Assembly: GCA_028534125.1 (NCBI GenBank) | Contig: CM052816.1 | Location: forward strand, 80,106,001 to 80,170,000 | Length of the DNA: 64,000 bases | Source: Lama glama | Lineage: Eukaryota | Direction of reading: 5' to 3' | Shown here: piece after piece, positions 35,939 through 48,575 of the stretch | Layout: each line of letters begins with the position of its first letter | Numbering within the stretch: position 1 is the stretch's first letter | Made by a program: the position numbers and the translations under genes | The notes under the pieces: generated by a model | Database searches by the model: none | The model's input: the letters and a program-made list of their open reading frames with translations, nothing else | What the model was told of the DNA's origin: nothing

Positions 35939-37157
35939 ACCCTCCTCTTCCCTGTTCTCTGCTTTCCAGCAACGTGAAGGAAAGCGTTGTACAGATGACT
36001 CAAAAACCTAAGAACTCGAGGCTTTGGGGGTTTAGTTTTGCATTAGCTCATTTCCTCTTTCTCTGATTAAACCTCACAGAAAAACAGCCCACTTGGATGG
36101 TCCCCTGGGCCATTATCTCTTGGTAAAGTAAAACCAGTCCCCAAAGATGGACTACTTGGTCAGCGCATCTACATTAGTCAACCAATAATGCTGCAAAGTG
36201 CAGACGTGCCCTTTATTTTTGGTGGGGGTGGTGCGTAGGGGTTGGAGAGAGGTCATCCCAGACTAAGAATTTGAATTGGTCCATGAAAAAAGAGGGAACT
36301 ATGATTTCAAACATCTGCTCTGATGCTCAGTGGTGCTCTCCTGGCTCAAATCGCCTGTTCAGCAAAGCATTTGATTGACTGTTATCAAAGTTACCGGCTG
36401 GAGTCTGGGCTTAGGAAGAGGCTGGCATGACTAAGCCTGAGACATTTTGCTTAGAGATTGCTGAGGGGTGGAGAAAGAGGAGCCCATGAGATAGGAGGGG
36501 TCCAGACTCTACCTCGAGAGGCCACCCTGCAGACGGCCTTTGACAGTGGAATTGACCCAGGGTCTTTTAAGACAAAGCATGGTTGATGTTCCACTTCAAG
36601 TCAGGCTGTGTGAGATTGTGATGAAACTGCCCCCTTGGTTGCATCAAACCATCAAAAAAGCCCTGTGTTAGTTTTCCTTTGAGGGAAAGAACCAAGTAAG
36701 GAAGCACCCTCAGAGGCACAGAAAAGAGATGTGCAGAGGGGACAACATGGAAGAGGGAGCAGAATTCAGAGGAGCCAGGGAACATAAACCTTTCTTAGCC
36801 TTCACCTACCTCCATCCCTTCCCACTATGTGAGCTTGGAGTTCATGTCCATATTGATTAAATCCTAAAGGCCAGCAAGCTAGAGGACTTGAAGACCTACT
36901 CTCAGGCTGCTGACATCTTGGTCTCACTTCTACCGAGGGCCAACTATGGGAAAATTCACTGGAACACAAAGGCTTATAGGACCTAACCCTGTCCCCCAAG
37001 AGCTGACAATACTAAGAGGCAAAATCAAGACTAACTGTAGTAGGAATACCTTAATAGGAGAACAAATGAGGACCTTCATAACTTCAGAAAGAAGAATAAA
37101 AGAGAAAGAGAAGAGCACTTCTGGCCAAACTTATGGAGGAAGCAAAGTGTGATACAT

Positions 37158-37788
37158 TGTTAGGGCAGGTGGATAGCTAGATATGAGCAGAGAAAGGGGG
37201 ATGCAGGCCAAATGGCAGGAATTGGGCAGAAAGGAGGGGCACGGGCCAAATGCAGGAAACCATATATCATGTAAGCACCAGGGGTCCCTGGGCAAAGAAG
37301 GAAAGGCAGGATCCTCTGTGCTGATAAGTGGTCACACTTTTTGGGGTGGCAAGCAGCCTGGAAGCCAACAAAGAAAAGTGGGAAAAGGTAGGAATCTCCA
37401 GTATCTGAATGTAACCTTTTGCTCATTATGCCCTCATTTCAATAAAATTATCCTTGCATATTAGAAATACCCATCATGCACCAATGCCATCACACTTCCG
37501 AACCAGACTAAATAAGGACAAAAATCCCTCCTCCCTTTGGGAAGGTGGAGTTGGGATAAAAATCAGGAAATATGACCCCAAAACTTTCCCTCCCCAATAA
37601 ATATTCTGCCCTTAATTTTTTGCACTTTATGTAACCAACTTGCCGAAGAAACTCAGTGCAGCCGCTCACCTGAGCCTGCCGGCTCTCCCTTTGACACCCC
37701 TTAATAAATCCCCACTTTACTTTCTTAACCACCCTGTCTCATCTCTGAATTCTTTCAGCAGCAGACAAGAACCTGGACACTGGTAACA
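37158..37788 (+). mobile_element. ERV1-class solo LTR
   Basis: TG...CA termini (tgttagggcag...ggtaaca), AATAAA near 37703, 4-bp TSD acat/atat. Confidence 0.8.
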
Positions 37789-38184
37789 ATATAAGCTAGA
37801 ATTCCAACAGGTAGACTAGAGGAGTGTGTGTGTGTTTGTGTGTGTGTCCTCCAGGTGAGCCACAGAGGACACCGTTCACACAGACTATAATGTGAATGGT
37901 GCCCCCTGGAGTTGTGCAATGAGCAGTTCTCTTCCAGGCGTAGCTCCTGATGCTAATCAAAAGGTGGGGAGGAAACTACCTGAGGAACTCAAGCCTGGCA
38001 GCTCCACTCTTTCTGCTAAAGCAGTGAAGGAGCAGTGATGAGGTGGTCTGGCAACCTGAAGGCAGGAAAAGGATTTGTGAGAAAATGGGGGTGATAAAAA
38101 TAAAAGCAGTATAAGCAACCTGGAATGGGGAGATACAGGAGGAGCTCCAACGGACCTGCCCTGAGGAGAAAAGGATGAGGACTT

Positions 38185-38675
38185 GAGCATTTCCTAGAGG
38201 GGTCCTATGGCTGCCATAACAAATTACCACAACTTACCCAGTTGGCTTAAACAACGGAAATGTATTCTTTCACTGTTCTAGAGACAGGAAGTTCAAAATC
38301 AGTTTCACTGGGCTAAGATCGTGGTATCAGCAGGGTCGGGCGCCCTCTGGAAGCTCTAAGGGAAAATCTGTTCTTTGCCTCTTGTGGCTTCTGGTGGCTG
38401 CCAGCATTCCTTGGCTTGTGCCCACATCACTTCAGTCTCTGTCTCCATGGTTACATTGCCTCCTATTCCTCTGTGCATAGTAAAAGCTCTATCTCCCTCT
38501 TAGAAGGATACTTGTGATTGCATTTAAGGCCACACAGATAATCCAGAGTAATATTACCACCTCAACATCCTTGAGCCAATCACAGCTATGAAGATCCTTT
38601 TTTGCTTCATATGTTAACAATGATAGTTTCCAGGGATTAGGACCTAATACATTTGGGGCCATTATTAAGTCCATT
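38185..38675 (-). mobile_element. MaLR solo LTR (MLT1C/D-like)
   Basis: 'ggctgccataacaaattaccacaac...ggcttaaacaacggaaatgtattc...tttggggccattatt'. Confidence 0.85.
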
Positions 38676-39329
38676 GTAGGGACTTTGGAGGCAAGGGTAA
38701 CAAGAAAGTGAAAGCCATGGGAAGAGGTGGAGAAGGGCCCTTGGATTTGGTATCTAGGCTGAGGGGAAGCCACTGGAAACAAACCTTCACAATGGACTGT
38801 ACGTGGGCACAGGTAGGCAATGTCGCCAACCCCAGCCTTCCAGGCACCTGGAATTGTGGTCATCCTACCTTTTCTGAATTCCTAAAAGGGCCGTTCCCTT
38901 TAAATTCCTCGCCAGTTTCACAAGGCACATTTATGCAAAATGGAGAGGAAGATGCAGAAAAAGCAGTCCCGTTTGGTCATGAATTTGAAAGGCTTAGCTA
39001 CAAATGTGGTGTGAAATTGTCTGAAATTCCTGGCAGCAGACATGAGTCACACACTACTGTCTGACATTTATAGAACATTCTTCAGAGCAGTTTCTAGACT
39101 TTGTTAAGAGAGAGATACTGACTTTGTTGGGTAATAGAATCAGTATGCAGAGACCGTTCTGTTAGAGCTGTGGGTCAAATCCAAGAAGATGAAATGTTAT
39201 AGTCATAAATTAAAGGCCCTGTACTCAGCCCACAGAGCCAACGGAACATATTCTACAAGAAGGAGGAGACTTGGTTGAATTACAGCAGCACAAATGCTTG
39301 TTATCAGTAATAAGGTCATACTTAACCCA

Positions 39330-40200
39330 GAAAATGTGACGAGGGGGCCTTAAAAATGGGGTGCCTATAAAGCCAATGTGATCTTGGGCTACATTAATTA
39401 AAAAAATAGAATCTAAAACAGGGAAGATAATTCCAAAATTGCCAAGGTGAGAACAAATGAACTGAGTAGACAAATCCACTGCTTCTAAGAATGTTCTCAA
39501 ATCTGGAGTTAATGCTGCTTTTGGAAACACAAATGCTATCTTATAATGGCTTCAGGAAGCTGTCTTTGAAGAGGAATAATTCTGGTGGGAAGTTGAAAAT
39601 GAAATTGAAGATATGAATGGATTCAGGGTAGATTGGGGAAGAAATATCTAAAAGAGGATAATATCTTATGGTGGTCTTTATACGCTCATTGTAAAAGTAT
39701 TTTTACAGTAAATATATATTACCTTTGTCACTAAAACTAGATTAACTTAAAATAAGGGAAGCAGTAGTTGGGTTCTATGCAACACTGGTCAAACCAAACT
39801 GGAAGCCTGCATTTAGTGGGCACCAGGCAGAAAAATTGGGGGACATTTGTAGAAGATGGGCTAATGTGGTGCAAGTTTTCAAAACCATATGGTGAAGAAT
39901 GGAGAAGAATTGGCTATATTTAACTTTGGAGAAAAAAGCTTTACAGTGATTGGAACAGCCACCTTTTGGAAGAGAAAAGTCCACTTATTCTAGACGACCC
40001 AAGCAACACAAAGAAGACTTTAGAATTAATTCATAAAGAATAATTTAAAGGATAAACTTTCTTTTTTTCTGAAAGATAAACTTTCTAACAGTTTCTGGGA
40101 GAACAGTGTCCCCATTTGTTCTAGTAGAGCATTGAAACATTGATCATTGGAAAGCTGGTTAGGTTACATCAAATTTAAAGTGACTGTGAATTCTAAGTTC
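39330..40200 (+). mobile_element. L3/CR1 fragments
   Basis: 'aaagccaatgtgatcttgggctacattaat...agaatctaaaacagggaagataat' and 'aaactttctaacagtt'. Confidence 0.5.
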
Positions 40201-40201
40201 C

Positions 40202-40770
40202 TGTGGCAGATACTGTCCATGTCTATGCACAGCCATTCTCCCTTCTTCTTTGGCAGCATGTCCAGGGAAGAAAGACTCATCCCCTAACCCAGGGGGCAGG
40301 GGGTCTGGTCAGAGGAGGACACACCCTAATGGGTCTCAGTCAAGTATGTAACCTAATTCCTGCTACCAGTGACTGATTTAGTGTCCAGCATACAACTAGT
40401 TATGGCCAATAAGGCAAATGGGAAAATCAGCTGGGGTAACTTCTAAGAAGGATTTTTCTCCCTGATAAAGAGAGGGAGAGTGAGGAGGCCTGCCTCTTTT
40501 TGTTGTCTTCAATGTGAGTGTATTAGAATACACACACACACACAAGAATTTACATACAATAATATTACACTTTTAGAAGTACAACAACTATTTCACCACC
40601 ATGCAGACAAAACCAGCATCTGTGATGGACATTGTTGAGCCCCTCATCAAACGCAAATCACCAGTCTCTGACTACACGTCTCATTTTGTGAGATGATTAA
40701 AGATCTTTATTTCTTACACCATTGTTAGTTGGGTACTTCATCACTGCAGCCAGGTGTGTGCTAACACGAT
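40202..40770 (+). mobile_element. Old MaLR LTR (MLT1J/K/L-like)
   Basis: 'tgtggcagatactg...ccagtgactgatttag...gttatggccaataag...gttagttgggtacttc...ctaacac'. Confidence 0.7.
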
Positions 40771-41674
40771 CAAACCCTGTGAGTCTAAGAAAATCTCTCA
40801 TTTGCAGTGCCATGATATATTTAATATACAAACATCTTGCTGATCTGATAGGTGTAAATGAAGTTGCTGTAAGTTGAATATTGTTTTGAATGCATGAATG
40901 GAATTATTATCTAGACAGCATCATGAATATTGGCCCTACATTTAAAGATGAAGCTAGAAGTTTCCTGGAGGAAAGCAACCAGGATGATGGAGAATCTGGA
41001 ACTTTATGTGAAAAGGGGATTAGGAAAGGTTAGCCTGAAAAATGGAAACCTGGTGTTTGGTGTTTGGTGGCGGGAGGGAGTGATATTTTGAAAGTTTTTC
41101 AAGTAAAACAAAACTTGAAAGTATTTTTTATGGAAACTTAAGGCAGAACTAGGTCCAGTGGTAGAAAGTGAGGTAAATTCCAGTTTGCTATAAAGAAGAA
41201 CTTTCGAAGAACTAGAGCATCAGGGCTAGAATGATGTCCACAAGCCTTTGAGGATGCAGGGCTAGCTCTTTGAGCACCTTGGGGACTTTGGAGTCTGGAC
41301 TTTGCAGGGCTTTGCACTTTGTTTCAGACACCAGAGACAGCTAGACACCTAAGTGTTGTAGACTCGTGACGGAAATTCAGGAAGCTACCCTGAAAGGCTT
41401 CAGGCCATCGTAAAGATGCTTAAGCAAGGGTAATATCAAAATATGATACTACTGGCATTGAAAAGTCAGAAGGAACCCGGCCTGGAGACAGCACTTGGCG
41501 GCGGGCGGGGGGAAGGGGGAGAGGTCCCAGTTCCTGAATAGCCTTGCCAAAGTCTTGTGGACCTGGAAGTAGAAAAAGGTCCTTCTGGTGCTACTCCTGA
41601 ACCACTGCCTCATCCTCACTTGAGCCAACCCTCGCTGCAGAGGAGGTTTTGAGAGGCTCCGGGCAGCCACACTG

Positions 41675-42090
41675 GTGAAGGTTGGAGTCTCCAAGAAACA
41701 GACCCTGAGCCTCTGAACTTAGTATGCAGGTTTAATGGAGACTACTTTGGGAAGAGCTCCCGTTGAGGGGTGAGGGGACTCAGGTTGGGCAAAGGGGAAA
41801 GTTGAGCTGTGACAGAGTCCTCAGCTGGTCCCATGGAGAGTGCCAGAGCATATGCAGGGACGGCCCTGCAGAGCTGTCCCAACTGAGGCTGGGGGCGTGG
41901 GGCTCTGTATCCCATGTTGATGAGTCTTTGGATGCAGGCTGCTCCTAGAGGATAGACCTTTAGCAGAAGGCAGTTCCTGAAGGGGGGCCAGGCTGTGAGC
42001 TGTCAGCAGCCAACATTCCCTGCCATTGGGGAAAGTAGTGCACGGGTCCTGAAGGAGGCAGCTGGACGGCATATCATGGCGCTGCCAAAG
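41675..42090 (-). mobile_element. ERVL solo LTR (LTR16-like)
   Basis: 'ccaagaaacagaccctgag...gttgggcaaaggggaaagttgagctg...gctgtcagcagccaacattccc'. Confidence 0.75.
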
Positions 42091-43674
42091 GGAACCACTC
42101 CCCTCTTCCAGCTGAATGCTGTGGCGGGCTGCCAGGCAAAATACTTCCATTTCCTCTGGGGGAACACTTCTGGCGTATGATGAGGTCCCTGTGGCTAAAT
42201 TAATGCTCCAAAGCACACACTCTATCTGCGGAAGGAAGAGGAGATGCAAGGGGCATCTGGCAGGACTGGCTTTGTCCCCACCCGCAGCCTGGACAGCTCT
42301 GCTGGTCCTCAGGCAGGTCCCCGCCAAGGAGGGGAAAGCAAAGGCTTCTTTCAAGCTGTCTACCCGGGCACCTCAAAGGAGAACCAGGTGGGTGGCTGCT
42401 GCTGTGAGAAGGGGACACTGTCAGAAGGAAACACTCATGTGTTATCAAAGCTGGTCAAGGTCTGAGTCACGGATTTTGAAAGTCTGGTGATTCCCCAGCC
42501 AAAAAATGTGCGTCAGACCTGATGACCAGACACGCCCAGGATCAACATCCTCTGGGAAAGAGAAAAAACCCATCAGGATGCTCTTGGAGTCCTTGACTAG
42601 GCGGGACGTGTTCTGGCCAGGATGTGGCCGCCAGACCGCTTCAAGGAACCTCTCTCTCAGCCAGCTCCATTTGGCCCGGCGCAATCCAGCACCTAAGTGC
42701 ACATGGTGCTGTCCTGTCCCTGAACTGTGTGGTTGGAATTGTGTCCCCGTCTCACCTGTAAACTCCGTGTCACTGGGAATGTCCCTCATGCTTCTTTGCA
42801 TCCACCCAGCACCTAACACCCCTTTGGAGACTGATTTCAAACGCTGTTCGCAGATTTTCTGTTTTTATATCCCCTCCCTCCCATGCAGGGTAGCTATTCT
42901 TAGTTGCGAGGAAACAGATTTTGTCTTCTTGAAGTCGAGTGATGGGAAAACAAGCACAAAACCCTCCCTTGCCCCACATACTCCTCTTTCCTGAGGAGGC
43001 ACTACTAGAGGCGAGGGAATGGAGAGTCTTGTCATCCAGGCCATGGCTTGTTCGTGGAGGGAGAGGCTGTGCCCAGCCAGCCTTTCCGGTCGGCCCAGGC
43101 CGCCGGGACTAGATGCAGAGATAAGAACCAGGGCCACTCACCCAGCAGTGTAAACCCACCTTCATGTCGTGTGAACCATGCAGCTCCACGAGGGAGGGCC
43201 TCTTGGCATTTTATTTTCCAGATGAGCCAAGTGAGGCACAGAGAACGTGGGGTGATGCAGCCAGTGAGAGGTGGAGCTGGGGGTGGCCCCAAATCTGTGC
43301 TCAGAGCCACAACCCTACACTGGGGTTTGGGATCACCTGCTAGTGACCTGATGGAGCCGTGGGTTCATTCATGGGCTGTTGGCAGAATGACCAGAGTGGA
43401 AGCAGCAGGGCAGTGGGAAGGAAGGCACCGAGGACTAACTCCTTCACTAAGTGAAACCAGTTTATGAAACGAGCACAGTTTGAAAGGGAACAAGACAAAA
43501 TGACTTAACTCTTTCTTACCTTCCTCGGGAAACTTGGCCAGGGTGTTCTCCACCCTGCAGGAAATCTCAGGCAGTTCTCATTGCTTTTCCAGAAAATTTT
43601 CAATAACAAAAAGTGAACTCTGGAGTAATATCTGAACTCGAAACTTTACTTAGAACAGCCTCTTATTCCCCCGG

Positions 43675-44098
43675 TGTTATTTAGTGTCCCATGCTTGCTG
43701 TAACAAATTATCACAAATTTGGTGACTTAAAATAACAGATACTTATTTTCTCCCAGTTCTGAAGGCTGTAAGTCCCAGATCAAAGTGCCAGTAGATTCTG
43801 CTCCTGGGGAGGCCTTCGCTCTGACTTGTAGACACCACCTTCTCCCTGCATCTCACATAACAGAGAGAGGGAGAGAGAGAAGAGAGGGAGAGGAAAGAGA
43901 CAAAGGAGAGCTCACGAGAGTTTGGTGTCTCTTTCTCTTCCTTTAAAAGGCACTAATCCCATCATGGGGGCCCCATCCCGCTGACCTCGTCTGAACCCAA
44001 TGACTTCCCAAAGGCCCCGTCTCCAAATACCATCACATCAGGGGTTAAGGTTTCTACATTTGAGTTTGGGGGAGGACACAAACATTCAGTCCATAACA
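43675..44098 (-). mobile_element. MaLR solo LTR (MLT1A-like)
   Basis: 'gctgtaacaaattatcacaaatttggtgacttaaa...ggcactaatcccatcatg...aacattcagtccataaca'. Confidence 0.85.
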
Positions 44099-45949
44099 GT
44101 AACCCTATATGATAAGATCATTATTGACAAATATGAGGACAACAGCAACCCTAGGAACAGCTTGCTTCAGCAAACATCTGTCGTCTGCCTCTAGGTGCAG
44201 AGGGTGGGAGGCTGGTGGTGGGGATGTGAGGAGAAAGGATGCAAAGATACACTCAATGTTGCTTCCCCTTCCTGAGACTTTTCTGCTCCTGATTTCCTCA
44301 TTTCTGAAAATCCACTGTTACAGGTTTGCCCCAACATCGAAGCTTTTGTGCGGCCCTTGCTCGAGTTCCCGTATCCCAGGAGAGGTTCCTTGTTGAGGCC
44401 TGACCAGTGTGGCTGTTTCCCAGTTGAGCCGAGCCTCCAGCAGCTCTGCGGAGGGCTCACCTAAGTGTCAGCTCCTGCCCAGGCCCTCTCCCTCTGCCTT
44501 GGTCCAGTTTCCCGCCTGCATCATCTTCAGCTGGGAGGACTGGAACGACGGCATGACGGCCACTCCTGAGCGCCGTCTCACACCCTGGCAACCTTAGCTT
44601 TGCAGGCAGAATAACCTGTCTGTGTGAGGGTCCCAGCAGGAAGCAGAGTCCCACTCAGTTGGCTCAACAGAAGGACTTAAACACAGGAAGTGTTTACGGA
44701 AGCGGAACAGGGCCCAGGGCGCGGACAGGAGTTGTGGGCACAGAGATTAGCATGGGAGGAAGATCTCTTCTAGGCCTAAAAAGGAAAACAAATAAGAAGG
44801 GAGGCCCTGAAGCTGTAAAGGAGAGAGTGGCCCCGCAGAAACCAAGTTTGGCATGTGCAGCAGACACTTCAGTGTCCCTGTCACATCCTCTCAGCCTCCC
44901 GGGGACGTCAGCTGCAGCTGAGGTCCCACCCTGACAGCGAGGCCAGTGTCCTGCTGATTTGTTCTGAAGGGTCTTCTCTGAAGCTGCATCTGCCTGGTTT
45001 GCCGAGAAGTGCAGCTGGAAAGAAAACAGGGAGCTGATGCCCTGGTGGGGGGGTGGGGGCGGGAGGACCCAGCAACCTGGGTAGGGCACAGGGGCCTCCG
45101 CCCTCTGACAGAAATCCCAGAGGCATCCTGTCCCCGTCCCAGAGTCCCCGAAGAGGCTCTGCAGTCACTCCCAGCGGTGATCTCAACCACCCTCTCCGTT
45201 CGTCCCTCCCCCGTCTGAGCCTACCTGCTCCTTCAGGCCTGAAATTTCCTTCCAGATAAATTTCTGGAGCCCGAGTCCTCTCCTCAGGCCCAGTGTCCAG
45301 AGGAGCCCATCCAGGGCCTGGAGGACCACAGCCCCGACCAGAGGAGCTGCCCGGAATCTGGGGGAGCCACCGGAAGAAATACCCCAAACTCCTGCTTGTG
45401 CCTCCTATCGACTCAACCAGCAAGAGGTCAGGAGGCAAGAGAGCCTGGAGGTGCAGTCTGGGGGTTAGCCTTCCAGGACACAACAGGGCAGGGAAAGGAA
45501 GAAGAAGGATTTGGTGGGGCAAGCGGAGAATAATCAGTAGATATTTTAAAACACGAAGCTTGCTGACTCCCTCCTTTAATAGTAGTGATGATGAAGGTAA
45601 TAATAACAACAACGATGCTAATGAACGGCTTTGCTTAGCCTTACGCGCTGTAGCTTTTGCATTGACAGTGTTATTCAATCTGCACAACTGCCCCGAGGTG
45701 GATATACTATAATTCTCATTTCACAATGAGAAAGTTGATGTATGGTGACGTTAATCAATTTATCTAAGGCCGTGCCACTGGGACAAGCAGGTGGGGGCAG
45801 TCTGATTTGACTCCACGACCTTCACAGTTAAGTTTCAGTTCCATAGTGTATAATTGGGGCCCTATCTTCAGCCTGATGACTTTTCTTCTCCCAGGTGCCC
45901 ACGGTTACACCAATCCTAAGCCACCCCCAAGGGACCTGATGTTTCCTGA

Positions 45950-46265
45950 GTGTCACTTGCATCCTCTGCCCCCTGGTTAGCCTGTCTCAGTGGACCTTAA
46001 AGTCTCAGCTCAAGTATCACCTCCTACTGGATGCTTCCGTTGCCTGCCTTGCCTCCAGCCTCTGATCCCTGCACACCCATCAGCCTTCCCCACGCTGCCA
46101 CAGCTCTCGGGACCCAGCAAGTCCCCAGCATTCGTGGGACTGACAGATATTTAATTTGCTGCTCCGTCTCTCCCACCACTGTGAGCTCTTGGAACAAATG
46201 CATCTGAATCTGTTTTTGTTTCGATCCACAGAACATGGCATGGTGTAAGTATTGAGCAAAGACTG
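45950..46265 (+). mobile_element. L2 3' fragment
   Basis: 'ccttaaagtctcagctcaagtatcacctcct...actgtgagctcttgga...tgtaagtattgagcaaa'. Confidence 0.6.
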
Positions 46266-47461
46266 GTAAAGGGGACAGAGGAGAGGTGAGGGTCTGGAAC
46301 ACAGGGCATTGCCAGCAAGATGGCCTGATCAGGGAGGAGCCCCAACTTTTGGCAGCTGGGAGCAGCAAGTGGGAAAACCAAGGTGGTTGCGAGCACAGAA
46401 GTCCCACTCCCTTTTCACTGAGTGTCAAGGTCTTGACCCACACGCAGCGTTTAGACACTGGGACCGTGTCCTGCAGGCGGGTGAGGTGGTGGTGGATCCC
46501 GGGACTGGGCTTTGTTTCTGATCTGGACAAAGCTGTAAAGCCTGTCTCAGAGGGTTGACGGGAAGGTCAACGGACGCAGGCAGGTGAAGGCTCTGGGCAG
46601 TCGGAGCTCTCACAGCTCTCAGGTTGTAAGCAGTGCGGAGGGAGGGTGCCCTGGGGACACTTCCCTAGAAGGTGGGTCCCTCTGGGGGCTGCACTCCCTC
46701 ACTCCACAGGTCTCACCCCTTCAGGCAGTGCTTCAAGCCACATAGGGATTTAAATACGTATATATACACTTACATACATACACACATATAGGCACATATA
46801 TATAATTTTAAAAATTGAAATATATATAGGATTCAAGCCCTCATAGGAATTCCCTTGAAGTTCCTGTTTCCTATCACAGTTTATTTGCATTTACCACCCC
46901 ATACTTACTGATTTTTAATTTAAAGTTCAAGGTGAGTGAACATGCATTTTCTTTCCATCTTGAAACTCTCCATGTCCTTTGTCATTCCTGAGATACCCCA
47001 GGGTGAGCAAAGTTGGATTTAGTTCACCTCATTGCAGACCTTGCTGACTGTGGCTGGGCATCCCTGTGAAGCACTGCGCTGACTTTCCTCTGGTGCTCAT
47101 TTGAAAGAAACAGGAACTGGTGTCCCATGGCACCTGTGGTTGAGGTGCCAACTGCTCCCTCTGGCCACCAAGGAATCAGTGCAGGGTCCTACTGCTTCTG
47201 CCACTCCTTGGATGATGATCCAACCGTGACAAATTGATGGATTTGCCTAGGACTGCAGAAATCATCTAGGGCACTTTCTCTCTCTTCATTCGACTTTGAA
47301 AGATCAGATAGCCAGAGAGGGTAGGAAAGATGCCCAAGGTCTTTTAACCAGTAGATAACCATGCTGGGGCAGGAAGCCAGTTCTCAGGATTCTTCATCTA
47401 GTTGCTTCTGCCAGTCCTCTTTTATTTCTGATCCCACAGACTTCCTACGACCAATGATTCC

Positions 47462-47854
47462 TGTTTCGATCTGAATTCTGTTCCCCTCCCCCATTCTTAG
47501 GTTGAAGTTCCAGTCCCCAATACCTCAGAATATGACTGTATTTGGAGGTGGAATCTTTAAAGAGGTAACTAAGTTAAAATAAGGTCATTAGAGTGGGCCC
47601 TATTCCAGTATGGCTGGTGTCCTTATAAGAAGAGGAAATCGGGACACAGAAACACACACACGGAGGGAAGACCATGCGAGGACACACGGAGAAGATGGCT
47701 GGCTGCAAGTCAAAGAGCGAGGCCTCAGAAGAAACCAAGCCTGCCGACACCTTGATCTTGAACTTCTACCTTTCAGGACTGTGAGAAAATGAATTTCTGT
47801 TAAGCCACCCAATCTGTGGTACTGTGTTTATGGCAGCTCGAGCAAACTAATACA
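47462..47854 (+). mobile_element. MaLR solo LTR (MLT1B-like)
   Basis: TG...aaactaataCA termini; perfect 5-bp TSD ATTCC (47457-47461, 47855-47859). Confidence 0.9.
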
Positions 47855-48288
47855 ATTCCTTATAAAAAACTAATTGGGGGGGAGGAAGGAAAAACAAAAA
47901 CAAAGATAAAAAAACTTTAGCTCTCTGTCTTATATCACTAGCCCTACCTAGGGAGCTAACAAATAAATAAAATAAAAATGATACATTTCTTTGATTTTAA
48001 AGCAAATTTCTTCCATATGTGAAATAGGTATACTAGGACACAAAAAGGGAATGGAAATTTGGTACAGAGAGCACCCTGTTTTTTTTACTTGCAGTGTGTG
48101 TTGGGGAGGGATTAACAATTACTAACTTTTCAGCATCCCTAACTCTAGGTATTTTTTGATTAATGTAGGCATCTGACTTGTTTCTCTATTAAGAAAGACC
48201 ATTTCATTAACTACCAACTGCCTTCGTATCCCAGTCAAAAGAAGAGGCAGTCTCTGCTTCCCGAAAATGTGAGCTTCCGCTGTGCCAG

Positions 48289-48575
48289 TAACTTTCCAAA
48301 ATCTTTCCTAACCCTGATTTCTATGGACAGAAATCCAAAAGGTTCTTGCCAAAAGAACCAGAAAGTAAAATCCTGCCGTTGTGAACACAAAAAGGAAGAT
48401 GAAGTTCATTGGGAAATCTCTCCTCCCGGGAACGGGAAGCTTCTGGGCGAGCACCCAAGCGCAGCAGTGCCTGCAACCATCATTGTTGTATTTTCAGAGA
48501 CCTCACCAGTCGGAATTTCCATGATCGTGATGCGTTCTTTGTCCTCATTACCTCCCTTACAGTTGATTCCAACAG
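48289..48575 (+). pseudogene. Membrane-proximal Ig-like exon, stop-free (unit B)
   Basis: ccag|..NFPKSFLTL...QKVKSCRC...NGKLLGEH...RSLSSLPPLQLIPT(G)|gtgaga; 287 nt; second Ig cysteine absent. Confidence 0.6.

Larger units (their letters stand above)
34537..38070 (+). pseudogene. Decayed LRC-type activating Ig receptor unit A (up to 4 Ig exons + TM exon)
   Basis: Ig 34537-34998 (split by MIR; SFSNSVPRGDTG); 36080-36356 (EF.IGP...GNY); 36561-36845 (SSQAV...LGCIKPSKKPCVSFPL...EEPGN...SIPSHYVSLE); 36938-37810 (LTLSP...TLIGEQ...ATTCCAACAG|gtagac, split by LTR). TM-like exon from 37938 (cttccag|...GNYLR..SLAA.LFLL). Confidence 0.5.

Noticed and set aside
41449..41694. Minus-strand Ig start SLSKPPLQ
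   Set aside because: No cysteine motif or acceptor, abuts an LTR, and is opposite to the neighbouring exons; treated as chance.
44908..45687. 259-aa minus-strand ORF
   Set aside because: Begins in a MIR, GC-rich Pro/Gly/Leu-biased composition, no recognisable domain.
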